A DNA stretch of 35,010 bases, from assembly GCF_001194135.2 (NCBI RefSeq), contig NC_069000.1, positions 20,979,632 to 21,014,641 of the forward strand, written 5' to 3'. Both the position numbers and the translations under genes were made by a program. The notes beneath the pieces were generated by a model. That model did not search any database and had not been told where the DNA came from. It saw only the letters and a program-made list of their open reading frames with translations. Shown here one piece after another: positions 33,919-35,010 of the stretch. The DNA is from Octopus bimaculoides. Lineage: Eukaryota. How positions within the stretch are numbered: position 1 is the stretch's first letter; each line of letters begins with the position of its first letter.

Positions 33919-34074
33919 CATACATGCATACATACATACATGCATACGTACATACATACATACATACATACATACATACATACATACATACATACATACA
34001 AAAATACCGTATCATTGATGTTGAAATTCCAATGAAGGAGCTTTGAATCTAAGTTAGAAACCGGCTCTGAGTTT

Positions 34075-34188
34075 ATAGATAGACAGAGACAGAGATAGAC
34101 AAACAGACAGACAGACAGGCGGGCAGACAGACAGGCAGGCAGACAGGCAACCAGATGGACAGGCAGACAGACAGGTAGGTAGATAAGT

Positions 34189-34279
<91 letters not shown>

Positions 34280-34340
34280 TATAGGGAGGCAGTCACACAG
34301 ACAGACACAGAAAGACACACAGACAGACACAGACAAACAC

Positions 34341-34395
<55 letters not shown>
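34075..34395. repeat. compound (GACA)/(GA)/(GATA) microsatellite
   Basis: Direct reading. Confidence 0.95.
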
Positions 34396-34783
34396 CGACC
34401 AGCTAAAAAGTCACAAATGAACGGGCAGTTAAGGAGTGGATAAATGTGCGTGTGTGAATCGCTAACCAAGAAACACTGATCCACTCCCAGTTGCTCAACT
34501 TAAAGGTTCTTTGTAAAACATGTGTATAGCAAGGGAACCTCTACATATTTGATCGCAAATATATCGTCACAGACACATGTACGTACATAAACAAACAACG
34601 CGTATTAATGATGTAGGTGGCGAACGTATTGAGCACTAGGAACTTGTTTGACTGACAATTATATATGCTTCAATTATGAAAGGAACAAAATGACACGCAT
34701 TCATACTTTTAGACACATACTACAGACATGCGTACACACATGCGTATGTACAAAAGTACTTAAATACATGCATACCATTGAAA

Positions 34784-34836
<53 letters not shown>

Positions 34837-35010
34837 CCTTCATAATTGCATAGGAAGTTTACTCAGTGATTGCGGTAAAGTTGTAAGATTTTCAATTACT
34901 CTTGAAATATTCAAACAAAATCAGATACGTGCATAAACGAGAAGACGCACACGCACATACACAGTACATGTGTATGTGTATATGTGTGTGTGTGTGTGGA
35001 TGCATATACA

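Larger units (their letters stand above)
30799..34068 (+). mobile_element. R4/Dong-clade non-LTR retrotransposon copy A (5'-truncated: REL domain plus 3' UTR), split by two insertions
   Basis: 30799-31262 reads RKDNPEDKEI...KTSIKCKHNRPDIMIWDREEETCTVVEISC...KENTYAELLRN...FIPAIIRAL*YVTHCLNTNLEKLGFSK (PD-(D/E)xK REL). The UTR resumes at 32396-32491 and 33918-34068, collinear with copy C. Confidence 0.85.

Overview
Repeat-dense, AT-rich animal genomic DNA, not prokaryotic. About 7 kb (20%) is N, in 13 scaffold gaps. The SINE families and extreme microsatellite load point to an octopus/cephalopod genome (inference from recalled octopus SINEs, no database check). Almost every ORF in the supplied track is a microsatellite, gap or antisense artefact. 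Recognisable content is mostly decayed transposons: two mariner copies (one with both TIRs and TA TSD), a DD37D maT element, a DD36E Tc1-type element, a Penelope-like RT/GIY-YIG relic, a Tx1/L1 endonuclease relic, two tRNA-SINE families, two unrelated long-TIR foldback elements and three copies of an R4/Dong-clade (REL endonuclease) non-LTR retrotransposon. The best-supported unusual structure is the nest at 30.8-34.1 kb. An R4/Dong copy carries a (CATA)n tract in its own 3' UTR, and a second, less decayed copy sits exactly in that tract. The older copy is also split by a 1133-bp foldback element, whose 8-bp TSD is confirmed by an empty paralogous site at 11.9 kb. No host gene is recognisable by homology. 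A coding-like segment at 19538-19760 and a few splice-site-bounded segments allow two competing, unproven small-gene models on opposite strands.
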